NCBI GenBank assembly: GCA_001687465.1
Contig: LVLI01000675.1
Span: forward strand, 1 to 33,256
Length of the DNA stretch: 33,256 bases
Direction: 5' to 3'
Source: Halocafeteria seosinensis
Taxonomy: Eukaryota
This document shows, in pieces, positions 12,085 through 24,288 of this stretch. Under the pieces are notes generated by a model, which was not told the origin of the DNA, made no database searches, and worked only from the letters and a program-made list of their open reading frames with translations. A program made the position numbers and the translations under genes. Position 1 is the stretch's first letter. Each line of letters begins with the position of its first letter.

Positions 12085-12795
12085 TTTCGCCCTTCCCGTA
12101 CGTCTTATATCCTAGTATGACCCCATGCAGGATTATCAACCATACAGTTGATCGTGCGATTCGTGCGTGTGTGTACGTAGGTTCGGGGGGAGGAAGGCTG
12201 GCGAAAGAACTACAAAAAAGGTCGAACAATTGTTTGTTTGATTGATTGAACAGCAACTTGCTGTCAGCAAGAGGTGTACCAGTAATACAAGCAGAGTTGC
12301 TGTCTCCATGATGCCCATTTTAATTTCAAAGGCTATCATCGACTTCAGACCCTAAGGACATTTCATTGAATTCGAGTTATTTCTTCAGAGCTCCAGCCCC
12401 AACTTTCCACCACCACCACGGAACTCAAGTTTTCCGATTCCTGCGGCAACTTGTTATATCTGGTTGTAATACAACAATATTGTAGCATTAGCTGTACCAC
12501 AGGTTATTATTTTGCTTCCTTATACTGGATAGAATACCTACATAAATTAAGAATACTTAAAAGCTCCATACAATTAACCAATCTGGATTCGTCCATTACA
12601 GGCGTAACATACCATGGAATTGGGTACGAAAAGACCTTGAATCTTGTACGTCCAGCAGATTTTCTCAGAAAAAGTGTGTGTGCGGCCTATGGATTGAAAC
12701 ACGGTGGATTGACTTCATTACTCCATTTTCATACGTTTGCTTTCAATCACAGCGTGGATGTTATTGCACCGAATAAAGGCGCGAAATAGACTGCC

Positions 12796-15700
12796 ATGAG
12801 CTGGTTCCTGAGAACCGTCTCAAGTGTCTTCTCCACCGCCTTTGACTTTGATACAGTCTCATCAGCCTTTGATTTCAATAAAGTAAGCCACTCTTCGTTC
12901 CAAGGGATTGACGCTGCCGTTCCGTATGTCAATTCTATCGTGTTTGTGCAGGCTACATTGAGTGGGGCATTAGATGTGGTGGCGGTGCAACATGAGGATG
13001 GGACATTCAAGAGCACACCCTTCCATGTGCGCTTCGGAAAGCTTAAGGTACGTTCTTCCGCCAGACGCAAGAGCAGTCCCAGACAGCATGCTCGTCTCCG
13101 CTTAGTTCCAGCGTTGTAGCTAGCATAATATCTGGTCCCCACTAACTCGAGTTATGCTCTTCAACTACCTCCAGGTGTTCCGCTACAAAAACAAGAAAGT
13201 CAAGTTATTCGTGAATGGCAAGGATGTGGGCATTATGATGAAGGTAAATGCTTAGCGTTGTCCTCCGGTGCAAGCTTCCTTGTAGAACGACCATAACGGA
13301 CTCGCTTATTGCCTTTTGCTACACAGCTTGGTGAAGCCGGAGAAGCGTATTTCATTGTAGAAATCCCTCAGCATCAAAGCCGAAGTTCGGAGGAAGCTAT
13401 GTCTACTAGTGCCGAAAGTTATACAAATCAGATTGACTGCTCGCATACTTCAAACAACATCCACTCTACTCAGAGCTCTCCGATTGCATCCAGTAGGGAG
13501 TTGGACACTAGTCGGGAAGAGAGGCACACGGCTCCTGTCAGCAATGTTGGAGCACAATCAAGACACTTGGGTGTTTCACCTTCTATGGTACCGTCAAACG
13601 GGGATGAGAACCAGCAAATTGATACAATACGTATGCAGGATCACTTGCTACCTCCTCTATTGGAAGCAGAAGCTGACTATCCTGCGTCTCCTGTACGGAC
13701 TTGGCACTGGGGATGGGGTCACTTACCTCGAAGGAAAGGCTCGACTCGCAAACGCAAGCAGCAACGGAAAAACCTGATGATCCCGCTAGAACAAAACTTG
13801 TATGTCTCCAAGGTGTCTCGTAGATGCAAGATTTCAAGGCGCCATTCAACTGGTCACGCTATTGATCCTGTCGACATCGGCGTCGCGGACGTCACGTCCA
13901 GTTCGGGCCACAGTAATACTTACAGTGAACGGCTCTACGGAGATTTGTACGAGGTGGATACTCCATATAAGGCCGAAACAAATTTTCTGAAACTCAAAAC
14001 TAGCAAGTTCATTAGAACGAGCAGAACCCGAAGCTCGAGTGTTGATCTATCTGACCAAAATGCTGGTGCGGTATCTAGCTCTTGGAGCCCTGTGGGCGCT
14101 TCAGCCACTTCGCTAGTGGGCATTCCGTTCGCTGTCCCGTCGCTTCGTGCTAGCGGCGGAGACATCAGAATGAAGAAGACTGGTAAATACCCATGGGGAC
14201 TGCTTGCACAATCGGAAAGCGCTGACAGACCTGTTCCTCTGGTGTCGTCTACGATTCGTATACCGTGGATAATCCAACAGTGGACACAGTCCCCGTGGAG
14301 AGCAAAGCTGAATAAAGATAAGGCGGAAGTGGTACCGTCTTCACGGGATAAGGAAGTTGGAAATGTTGAGCTAAGCTTTGTTTGCACTACTTGCAAGTCG
14401 AGAAACCGAATTGTGCTCGATGTACAGGAACTTTCTGCATTGCGCCGACGGGCCGAAGAATTATTAAGCGACTATTCTCCTTCTACAGGCTACATTGGTA
14501 TCGGATCTCCCCTTTCGTGTTCCCCAGGCCCGTGGTTTGCTAGCATAGAAGCATTGACGGCATGGTATCCGTCGCTAGTCAGCACGACCACGTGCTATGA
14601 CTCCATAGAGGTTTCTCGTTGCGGCAATAATGTTGCCCAGTTTGAAACCTACAAATGTTTTGCCGTAGATACGTTCCCATATCTGAAACAGTTCTTACTG
14701 TCAATTCGCCAGCCAGCGTCGATTTGTCTTCGCTTTTCTGTTCGGCTACGGTCCGAGAACGAGGAGCTCGCTGTAACACTCTACACAAGTTATTTTGTGG
14801 GGACGCAGCTAATACTCTTTAATATCTTGCGTTCTCAAGCGGCCGAACGGCTCAGCACGGGAGAGCTGTCTGTTGATCATGATGTCCACCGTAGTACTGT
14901 TACCGGGGGGAACACCAGCAATGTCGAAAAGGGCGATTGGAGCTCTCCGGAATATGAGCCTAAGTCTTCACGAAGTCAGCGATTCTTTAGGTGGCTTGGG
15001 AAGTGGATTTCTTCTACCCCTCGGGCATCGGCGACAACTGAAAGCTCAGTGACTGAGGCTGGCAATCAGCATAAACACGACTCAGACGAGTATAATGTTA
15101 GGGTGCCAGCGCGAGCACCGGTGTTTAGCGTTTGTAGACAGTGCCTGGGTGTTCAGCGTGTCTCAGTCCCTACTGGGGTAACGCACAGCAGGCCATCCTC
15201 AGTGACCGGTACTAGGGGCGTTGATCAGAATGTGTCCTCAAAAGTTGACGATTCCCCCGTCGAAGCAGATGAGGAGTGGTCCAAAAAGAAAGGGTGGAAA
15301 TCGATCTTGGGTGGTGGATACTCTAGGCGCCGTGCACGACGGCTAAAGCATCAGCAAACACAACTCTCCTCTATCGATGATCACGTTGACGACATACCCG
15401 AACAGTTACCCGAGGACGTATGGAATGCCGATACCTCATTTGAAGGACGGGGCAGAAGCCTGTCTACAGCTGTTTCTTTTGCTGCCGAACCCCAAATGGA
15501 AGTGCGGAGTAAGCCTAGTGGCTCTAGAAGGAAGTCTCTTCCTAGCGTTCTTCCTTTAACGTGGTCCGCAAGAGAGGATGGTCCTACGGTCGGGCCACCC
15601 TCCTCTTCGCATCCTATAAGTGCTCCGTCGAAACACATGCATTCGTCCTCAGCCACTACAGGTGGAACATCTCGTTCTCGAGCACGCTCCATATTTTCCT

Positions 15701-17961
15701 ACATATGGGGTGGACAAAGCTCGAGAGAACGAGACGACGGGTCAAATGCAATCCCTACCGACGGTGCCAGTGCCTATCACCTTCCGTCTCGAGCGGAGAG
15801 AGATGTAGAACGAGCGTCCAGTCGGGTGGATGTAATTGACTCACCAAAGTCTGAGCGTTACGACAGTTATGAACAGGGAGTTAAAGCTGCCCTTGAAGAT
15901 ACCGATGCTTTGCAGCAGACGCTTAGAGCGCAGATACAAAACCGAGAGAGAAGCGAACCTGAGAATGCTAGCAACGTGAGTGTTTCGGAAGAAACTGTGC
16001 AGGATGATTCTGACAGCGAAAACGTGGACACTAATGATCCTGATACGAAGAAGGTCAGGCGGATATATCCAACGTCGGACATGTTGGAAAGAATGGAGCT
16101 CCTAAATGGCCCCAACCTGCTCACATTTGTGGTGTGCCAATCAGCTGAAGAAACAGAAAGCGATGAGGGAAGAGAAGCCGCCCAACAGGATCAAGCAACA
16201 GTGGCATCCAGCACTGAGAATATCCCATCCACAGCGGCACGTACCCGCTCTTTTTCAGATATGGGAGCCCCGTTGAAGGTAGCTAATGCAGCAGAGGAAG
16301 CGGCCCCCATGTCTGCGGAACGAAGACATTCGTTTAGCGAATCTAGACCTAGCTTTGACGAAGTCAGAGGAGACTTCCTAGCAGAGGCAAACGAAGCGGT
16401 AGATTCGGCGAGTAGTGAGGAGGACAATCCAGAGTCGTTTGGTAAAGATCTTGCTGCATATAATGGTTTTGTTTCAGTTTCGTGCACATTGTATCTCTGG
16501 GAACCGGATGCTAAAGTAGTAGTTTCTGATGTGGATGGGACGATTACTCGAAGCGACTTATGGGGACATATCATGTACTATCTCCCCATCCAAGACTGGA
16601 CGCACCCTGGTGTTGCGGAGCTTTTTGCAAATATTTCTAAGAATGGTTATCATATGATGTACTTGACATCTCGAGCTATCGGCCAGATAGAGGACACGAA
16701 ATCTTATCTCTTTAACGTCACCCAGAAACGGTCGTCTGTGTCTCCCCGAGAGCCCTCCAAGAGCGCTGTAGATTTGCCAAAGAAGGAGAAAAAGAAGGAA
16801 GCCGATCTGGCAGCATACTCCGATGACCCTCTCGGTATTGGTGGTCTTGCGCGTACAGATTCAGTTAAAGGAAGTTTAGAGAAGAAGTCTTCAGATAAGA
16901 AACCACCCGACAAGCAAGCTCCGCCAGGTTCAGAGGTGGACAAGGCAGAAAATGCAGAACGCATACAAGAGAGCTCTGCATCTTCACGTACACTTGAGGA
17001 CCCAAAGTTGAACACTGAGATAGTCGCACAAAATACTGAAAGTAAAAGGACTATGTATGAACGTCTCAAAGAGGAGTTTCATAGTCAGCGTGCCAGATAC
17101 CTGGAGCGTGCTGGGTCGTTTCCGAGCTACCGTCACCACAATCCTGCAGATACTGCAAGTCGACAGTCAGTTACTTTACCTCCGGGTCCGGTCATTACCA
17201 GCCCGGATCGACTGTTCGACGCCGTTAAACGCGAAGTAATTCTTAGGAAGCCACAAGAATTTAAGATTAGTGCCCTCAGTGATATCAAGAGGCTATTCGG
17301 AACTAACAAGTTTCCCTTTTACGCCGGATTCGGTAACCGAGACACCGATGTGATCGCCTACAAACAAGTTGGGATCCGCGAAGGTAAAATTTTCATAATT
17401 AATCCTAAGGGAGAAATTCACGCTGCTGGTGATGCTAGGCGCTTTAAGACTTCCTACTGGTCATTGAATTCACTGGTCGACACTGTGTTCCCGAAAATCT
17501 CTCTTTCTGGTACAACTGCTCCAGTTGAGAGGGTTGACGCCGGTGAGGCGTCTTCTTCTGTTGGATCAACTTCGGCGGAGGGAGAGGTGTCAGAGGCCAC
17601 ACACCCCTTGGGTAGTCGACACGGTCGTCCCGTTGCCTTGGACGAAGAGTACAACGATTTGAATTATTGGAGACTCAATCCTATTCCTATAATAGAGAGC
17701 GACGAAGAGGAAAGCCAAGATTCGAATTCCACTTCGGACAGCTATCAAAGTGCTGGAGAAGATGATGCCTTTGCTGAACTTCAACACTCGCCATACAGGA
17801 GTGGCGGCAAAGCCCTAGTCTCTCAGACCGAAAACTCCTGGAGGCACTCTGAGGTCAATCCGTTGAGACTGCAGTCGGCATCTCCGGCAGAGCGTCCGAA
17901 GCACGACCTTAAGGTCTCGCATGAGAGCACGGAAACGAATACCGAGAGTGACAATGTGTGA
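12796..17961 (+). CDS. PAH1: Lipin / phosphatidate phosphatase (PAH1), ~1630 aa, 4 exons
   Basis: N-Lip reads [14 protein letters not shown]...[13 protein letters not shown]...VNG...[13 protein letters not shown]-Lip carries the HAD motif [11 protein letters not shown] plus [41 protein letters not shown] and IFIINPKGE. Introns at 12883-12951, ~13049-13175 and ~13244-13326. Confidence 0.95.
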
Positions 17962-18009
17962 TAAATTGTATGTACGTTAAGTGCCTGAAATTACAGCTAC
18001 GCTAGTGTT

Positions 18010-21000
18010 CTACTGAATGGAGCGTCGTCCTTCAATGCGGGCAGCATTATACCTGTCCCTGGTGAGCTGTCGCTGCACTTGAGAGGGGGTGTGGGGTATT
18101 AGATGCGCAACCAGAAGCCTCAGTCCAATGACCCCATGCTGCAGAACCCGACATACGTGGTACATTGGTGTGCACTTGCTTGGCGAAAATCAAAAAGTAG
18201 CATACCTCGATCAAGAAGACGAAGAATATTTTCTGCGCTTCAGTAATATTGGGAAAAAGCGTTCTAAATTCCTGTGAAGCCAAAGCTAGATGTGCACAGT
18301 TCGTTAGCACAGCTAACAAGGACATCATTTGCAAGACATTAAACCAAACACCTGCGCAGAACCAACGGTGACAGTGGTGCGTTTACTAGGACTGCTAAGT
18401 ACGGTGCACTTACCGATTCCACTAGCTTTATGGGCGATAGGTCTTTGACGGTGATAACATAATTTGTATGCATCTGCTCGCATGCCGATTATATTATTCA
18501 GCAAGGCGCATAATGGAGCCAGGGGAAAGGCCCAACTAAAGAATGTCACATATCCGAATTGTATAACTGCGCGAAAGGATGCATGGCATACTTCGAATCT
18601 TGAACAAGCAAACACACCAATTCGAACTTACGCATCTCCGCATAGTCATTAAATGTATCATACTCAGGTAGCGAAGCCTCTATCCACGCTGAACTTTGCG
18701 CTTGCTGTACGAGCCTTCTTCCACGCTTTCCTTCGGTTAAGCCACTGTCCTCAGCTTGTTGCACCTGCATCCGTGTTGACTCATAGCCTTTATTTCTTGT
18801 AGCTACAATAATCCCTTTCTATAACAACGCACCTGTCGCTTAAGTCTCCAACGTTTAAAGCGTCTCACGCACACCGGCCAAATTACTCCTAGAACGTTCT
18901 TTGAAAGCTGTAGTGGCATCATAATGCGTGGAAGTATAAAATCGTTTAAGCCGCCACAATAGAATCAAGCCTACCTGGCCCACAATTAGGAATGAAGCTA
19001 GTTGAACAGCCAACGCAATCAGAGAATTCCGGTGGTTCGGGTGGAAGGCGTAGTAGAACAAGGAGATGAAGGAGTTGACAAATCGAAATGTGAACACTTT
19101 CGCAATCAAGAAGTTGCGATAGCTGCTTTCCGTTCGATGATTCTCCCATGAATTCATCCAGAGCTGCGGCTTTTACAGTCATTGAATGGAACGAAGAATC
19201 ACTGACCGAATACTGAACACTCACCGCAACTTTCCCGAAGCACATGTCAAACAGAGGTATCAAGAAACCATACGCCACAGCAGGGAGTATCATAGCTACC
19301 CACCATAGCGTCGTCTCACTCTCTATTTCGATTACATTAGAAAGATCAATGCCTCCAAAGTTCACAGAAATGTCCCGGCTACCTCCACTCCGATTATCTT
19401 CTTCGCTGGTATCCGTGGTATTCGAAGCACTCAATCCTCGTGTGAATGGATTCGAAGGTACATTACCGTTGCTATCATCGACTCCCTGGAGTGCGGAATC
19501 ACGTGTGGCAAAGACGTAAACCAACAACATTACGATCCCAAAAACTGCCGAAAGAACCACAGGAATGGTGATAGCATACTTCGCTGCCCTCTTTAAGCTG
19601 GAATACATTTTCGAAATTTCTCCAGTAATGGGATCTTGGACCCAAGTACCTTTAAATTGAGGGCGAGTGGATTCCTCTTCTTCATAGTTGAGTACACCCC
19701 ATCTGTGAGCAAGCACTGCGTTTCTTCGCCTCCAAAACTCCAAGAAGAGTGTGCTCCACAGTGCCATAAATAATGAGAATAGTGGAACGTACGGGGCGTC
19801 GACGCTCCCGTACCAGACTTGGAAGACGAACAACGCTCCCCCAGCGATTGCTGGCAAGACTAGCCAATGAGTATAAAATTCCAGCCACGCAAAGTAAAAG
19901 CCTACCATTTCGCCAAAATACGCAGCAATCCTGTCTAAAGGCTGAGAGAGTAGTTTGGAGAAGAACCGTTTCGCCGCTCGACCACACTTGCCAATCTTAT
20001 GGAAGAAGCCACAGAAACATCTGCATGCCAAAGAACTTCTTAGTGGAGTACAGCTCAATGACTCCACTGTTGGGGTACAAGTATAGTAAGGCTCTTCTAA
20101 AGTTGTTCGGGGAGAGTTGCCGAAGTAGCAGCACCAACAACAACAGCAGCATTTGGCACAGGTTGAGAATTCGCGGCGTCTCGATGGAGGGACAGAGTTT
20201 CTCGGGACCCGCTTCACACAGCACCAACACAGACAATGGAAAAATCCTCGATCGCCATAGTCTCGAATAAAGGAATACACCTTGCCGCACATGCGTCCAA
20301 GTTTTCCACATACGCCGGAAACAGTGGACGAATTATCACCTTTCACAACGTTATGAACACTTTGAGAAAATTTACTCAAACCTTTTTCCTGTACTTTACT
20401 ATCAAACTTGTTATCCTCCTCTGATGTCCCCTTCCCTTCTTCGATATCGTGTAATTGGGTAGCAATTTTATCTAACCTTATCGTGCCTTCAGCAGATTCT
20501 CGTTTCGGTCCGATCCGGTCATACGACCCATCAGCAATATTTGGTCTCCACCAGCAAAGCCAATCATTCCTCAATTCCGCAAGACGTGCATACATGTGCA
20601 AGGGGAAGAGTTTTGTGACGTACGCTCCTAAAGGGGTGTTTTCGCTGAGGTCTGCCCCACCCTCCTGGGATGACGAGCGCAGAATGCTGTTGATCAACAG
20701 CTGCCTATCACTAGAGTGAAAAAGAGTGCGAGGCCGGTAATCACCTTCTCTGCAAATAGGTGCTATAGTCATTTGCTGAAGCGGAAAATTTCGGAAAACA
20801 AAACGTACCTATCAGTGGGCTGAAACCCTGCACTGTCCCTAAAAGCAACTTTGTTAGCCTTGGGCTTTTCGCTTCCCTTCTCGGCCACCTCGGATTTTGG
20901 ATTAGCAGGGACAGTCTTCCGATTGCTCCCTTTCTTATCATCAGTAAATTGCAAAGAAATATCATCTGCAGAACCCACCGAGCCATTGTCCAAGGAAGCA

Positions 21001-23580
21001 TCCTCTTCGTTGTGTCCGTCGGAGGATTGGTAGGAATCTGCGGTGCATTGATTGCTGCTCTGTGATTGCTGGACGTCATATTCATTCCCCACTGGCCTCA
21101 TATCTGCCTCCCTCCCCATGTCTTCAATGTGGCTGTAGGATTGATCTGTTTCACAAAACGCTTCTGGTATCGCCGGAAGAAATACCTCCCGCATTTTCCG
21201 TTTAAATCTACTCCAACCACCATCTCGTCTTCTCATCCGAATTTTCATTCGTTGAGCTTCTTCTTCTAGGCGCCATTCCGGGGCCTTAATTTTAATAAGC
21301 CACTTTCGCCTGCTCAGGGACCGAACTCTCTTTGCATGGAGTCCGGCAGCTCTCAGTGACGCGAGAATCTCAGCGCACTTTTGCTTTCGTTGCTCCTTCG
21401 TTGGTTGAATAGTTTCCATCCATGTTCCTATCGCTTGAAACGCACCGGTGAATACTCCATGACCGTTTGAATCCTCCTGATGCTGGTAGGAATCATCATC
21501 ATATCTCCCCGTTGAGTGGCTTTCTTCGGTTTCACTATCAAACAGACTATCGTCATCCGATTCGGATTGTACGTCTGACGTATGGGACTGCTGGTGAACA
21601 GTGCGGTCAACAGCGTCGACAGTGGACTCATTATCGCTGCTATCGCTAGAGGGAGGAGATTCCGCCGGAGCGGAAGTTAAGGAATACATCCTGACCCCTT
21701 CGTCTCGTTCGTTTGCAAGAGGCTCCTTGGGAGGAGGAAGTTGTTTTCGGACCTTCGCTTTCATTAGAGCTTCGCGAAAGGTAGCATTAGCTGCCATTAT
21801 GGCATCCGCTTCCTCTCGAGCTTGTTGCAGTTTCTTCTGTTGCTGTGCCGAGAAAACAGCCCTGACAATTATTGCAAAATCGTATTCGTCTTCATTCAAA
21901 GCATCCGACTGCCGGTAACTCTGCTTTACCGATTTCTTCTGCTTTTGCTGTTTCCGTCGTCTACTGTCGTCATCGGCATGAGACGTCTCGGATTCTTCGT
22001 TTAGTTCCGCCGGTGCCAAAATCAAAGGCTTACGTCCCTGTTGCGATGCAGGCTGGGCTTGATCATACTGTTCAATCATTTTTTCGGTATCATCTTGCTC
22101 AGAGTCGTCGAAAAAATTTGTGTGCGTAGACTTTTCCGGTTTTTCGGCAGCAACATCCATTTTGGACTGCTGCCATAGATGCCAACGCACCTCCCATGCA
22201 TCCTTTTTATCGGGACTCGCGTCGTCAATTTGTTGCAGCGTCTGAGAATTTAATGTCAGTGAGCTCTCCTCTGTCGTGGAAGAGAGTCGGTCTGCATTCT
22301 GCCCCTCTGTTGTCCATTCCGCTTTCGACTTCGTAGCGTTTGCATCTTTGTTGCGGGTTACTTCCTCCATATGTTTACAATGCGCTGCTACTCTCCCACT
22401 CAGACTATAGTGCTCGGAATCATCGGAGTCGTCATCATCCGACACGCCAACAAAAGGAATGTTATCTGAGGGTATTTCGGCCACATTCACCGCTGCACGA
22501 TTGATCCTTCGGCCTGAGTTAACGTAAGTGCTCAACGTCCTGTTGCTGTGTCTCTGATTCTTCGACTCGTAACTCTGGGCCGCCGCGTCATCTTCGTCGT
22601 AGTCATGCTCGGTTTTCGATTCAACACTGTATTTTTGAGATGCGTTATCGGCATTTTCATAGTATTCCTCATCATAAGAATCATCGCTGTCGCTGCTTTC
22701 GCTACACAGAGAGCCTCGTTTGTCATACCGATTGAGGCTTTTCCGTGCCAACACGTGCTTTTCCTTCGGAATCTCAGTCTTCTCGGTTTCCTCCCTAGAA
22801 TTTAATGAAGAAGATACCACCTGAGAGGCAGCGTAATGCTCGGATTGTGCAGTACTATAGTAATCGCTGTCCGAACTGGAATTAGTCGATGCACTGTATC
22901 GCTTCTCTTGTAGGGGCGTCATAACTCGAGCAACATTATGGTGACGACTTTCTTCCCCCCGGGGTACAGAGCCGAAAGATGTTCGCTCGCAACCAAACCG
23001 ATCCCCTGGTCGAGATCCTTGACTATCCCGAACGCTCTTTGGTGCCGATGCACGCAAGCTATCAAACCACGGTGTATTCTTGGGTTTTCCCGTATTTCTC
23101 TTCTGCTTTCCTTTTCGTAGATGATCAACGATGTTTTTGGTTTCTCCTTTGTCTTTGGTTTCCCTGCTTCCTTCTTTTACCACTTTTGGTTGCTTTTTCA
23201 TTCCTCGAAGATCAACGGGTCTCCGTGTGTCGTCGGTATTCTCCTCATTCTCTCGGGACGAGAGCGCTTCTTTCCGAGAGCGTGACTGCTTAGCTGCTGT
23301 AGGAGATTTTTCCGCATGCACAGGGGGTTTGCCATGTTTCTTACGGGAAGATGCTCGTACGGCCGGCTGCTTCGCGGATGACTCTGTGAAGATGGTACAA
23401 AAAATTGACACACGCGCGCGTGGATAAGGACATTTCCCAGAAATTTAACTCTCTACTGTTCTCATGACGAATGCCAACAGCATACAATATAAAAGACTTA
23501 TTCCATTTCTACGTACCATGTTTTTGCCGAGCAACTCGTCTTTGTCTCGCCGTCTCCTCGATGTTTTCCGTATCGCTCAT
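18010..23580 (-). CDS. Anoctamin / TMEM16 family channel-scramblase with very long acidic disordered N-terminus
   Basis: Motifs FPLH, QPLDRIAAYFGEMVGFYFAWLEFYT, WSTLFLEFWRR, RPQFKG, WENHRTESSY, NSFISLFYYAF, DYAEMLIQFGYVTFFSWAFPLAPL, DAYKLC...RP...GIG and FLIE|H. The first exon MSDTENIEE...QKH (ATG 23580) splices onto ORF 20769..23411. Stop TAG 18010-18012. Confidence 0.93.
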
Positions 23581-23885
23581 GGTAACCAAGCTATATTTCT
23601 TATCGCTAACTATTCAAGCACACGGCCATGGGGGATCGGTACACGTATGTTGGAATGCACTCGTGCAGTTGATGGCGCTGTATACACATACAACGGGGAG
23701 AAATCCCTTAGATTCTGAACACCGCCCTGGTGGAATTCCAATTGCTTTGGCCGTTTAGCAGTTCTACTGTATGCTCGTCTGTATAGTCCCCTACACGAGC
23801 AACAACTCTTCAAAACACTATCTTAATACTTGTATAGACAGTATTTTTAGACACTGGTGCGTCAAATAACTACAAACACTTCGTA

Positions 23886-23997
23886 AGAGTCCTCTGGGGA
23901 CTCTAGTTTCGCCAGTAAACGGCCCAAGAAAAGATTGCCGGATTGAGCCGAAGCCTTCGGCTTTTTGGCGAGGCCCTTCGCCGAAGCCTTCGCGAAG
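23886..23997. other. Cluster of short GC-rich hairpins/palindromes in an intergenic region
   Basis: AGAGTCC-tctgg-GGACTCT (23886-23904), AGCCGAA-gcc-TTCGGCT followed by TTTT (23946-23966), GGCGA-ggccct-TCGCC, CGAA-gcc-TTCG and CTTCGCGAAG. Confidence 0.6.
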
Positions 23998-24288
23998 CGG
24001 GAACGTGGAGAAAGTAGCTACTATTTACCAACTGTTGTGAACAATCGTTATCTTACCGGCAAATAACAGGAAATTTGAAACGATGGGTAGACGAAGCAAG
24101 AAACTTTGGCCATTATTGTATGATCGAATTACATCATGAACCGGCTATTTGTGTATCCCGTGGACCTGATACACGAGCACGGACAAGGGAAGGTTATTTA
24201 GGTTATTTTATGGGTTGTCTGGCTGTTAACAAACGTGCGTTCTTTTAATTGACAAATCAAGTGCCGCAATCTGTATGTACGAGCGTTG

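Noticed and set aside
13409..23427. Numerous antisense and alternate-frame ORFs within lipin and anoctamin
   Set aside because: These are shadow ORFs of long coding exons with no independent motifs.
23889..23966. U6 snRNA gene
   Set aside because: The resemblance is loose and limited to the 5' end. The invariant ACAGAGA box, AGC triad and internal stem-loop are missing.
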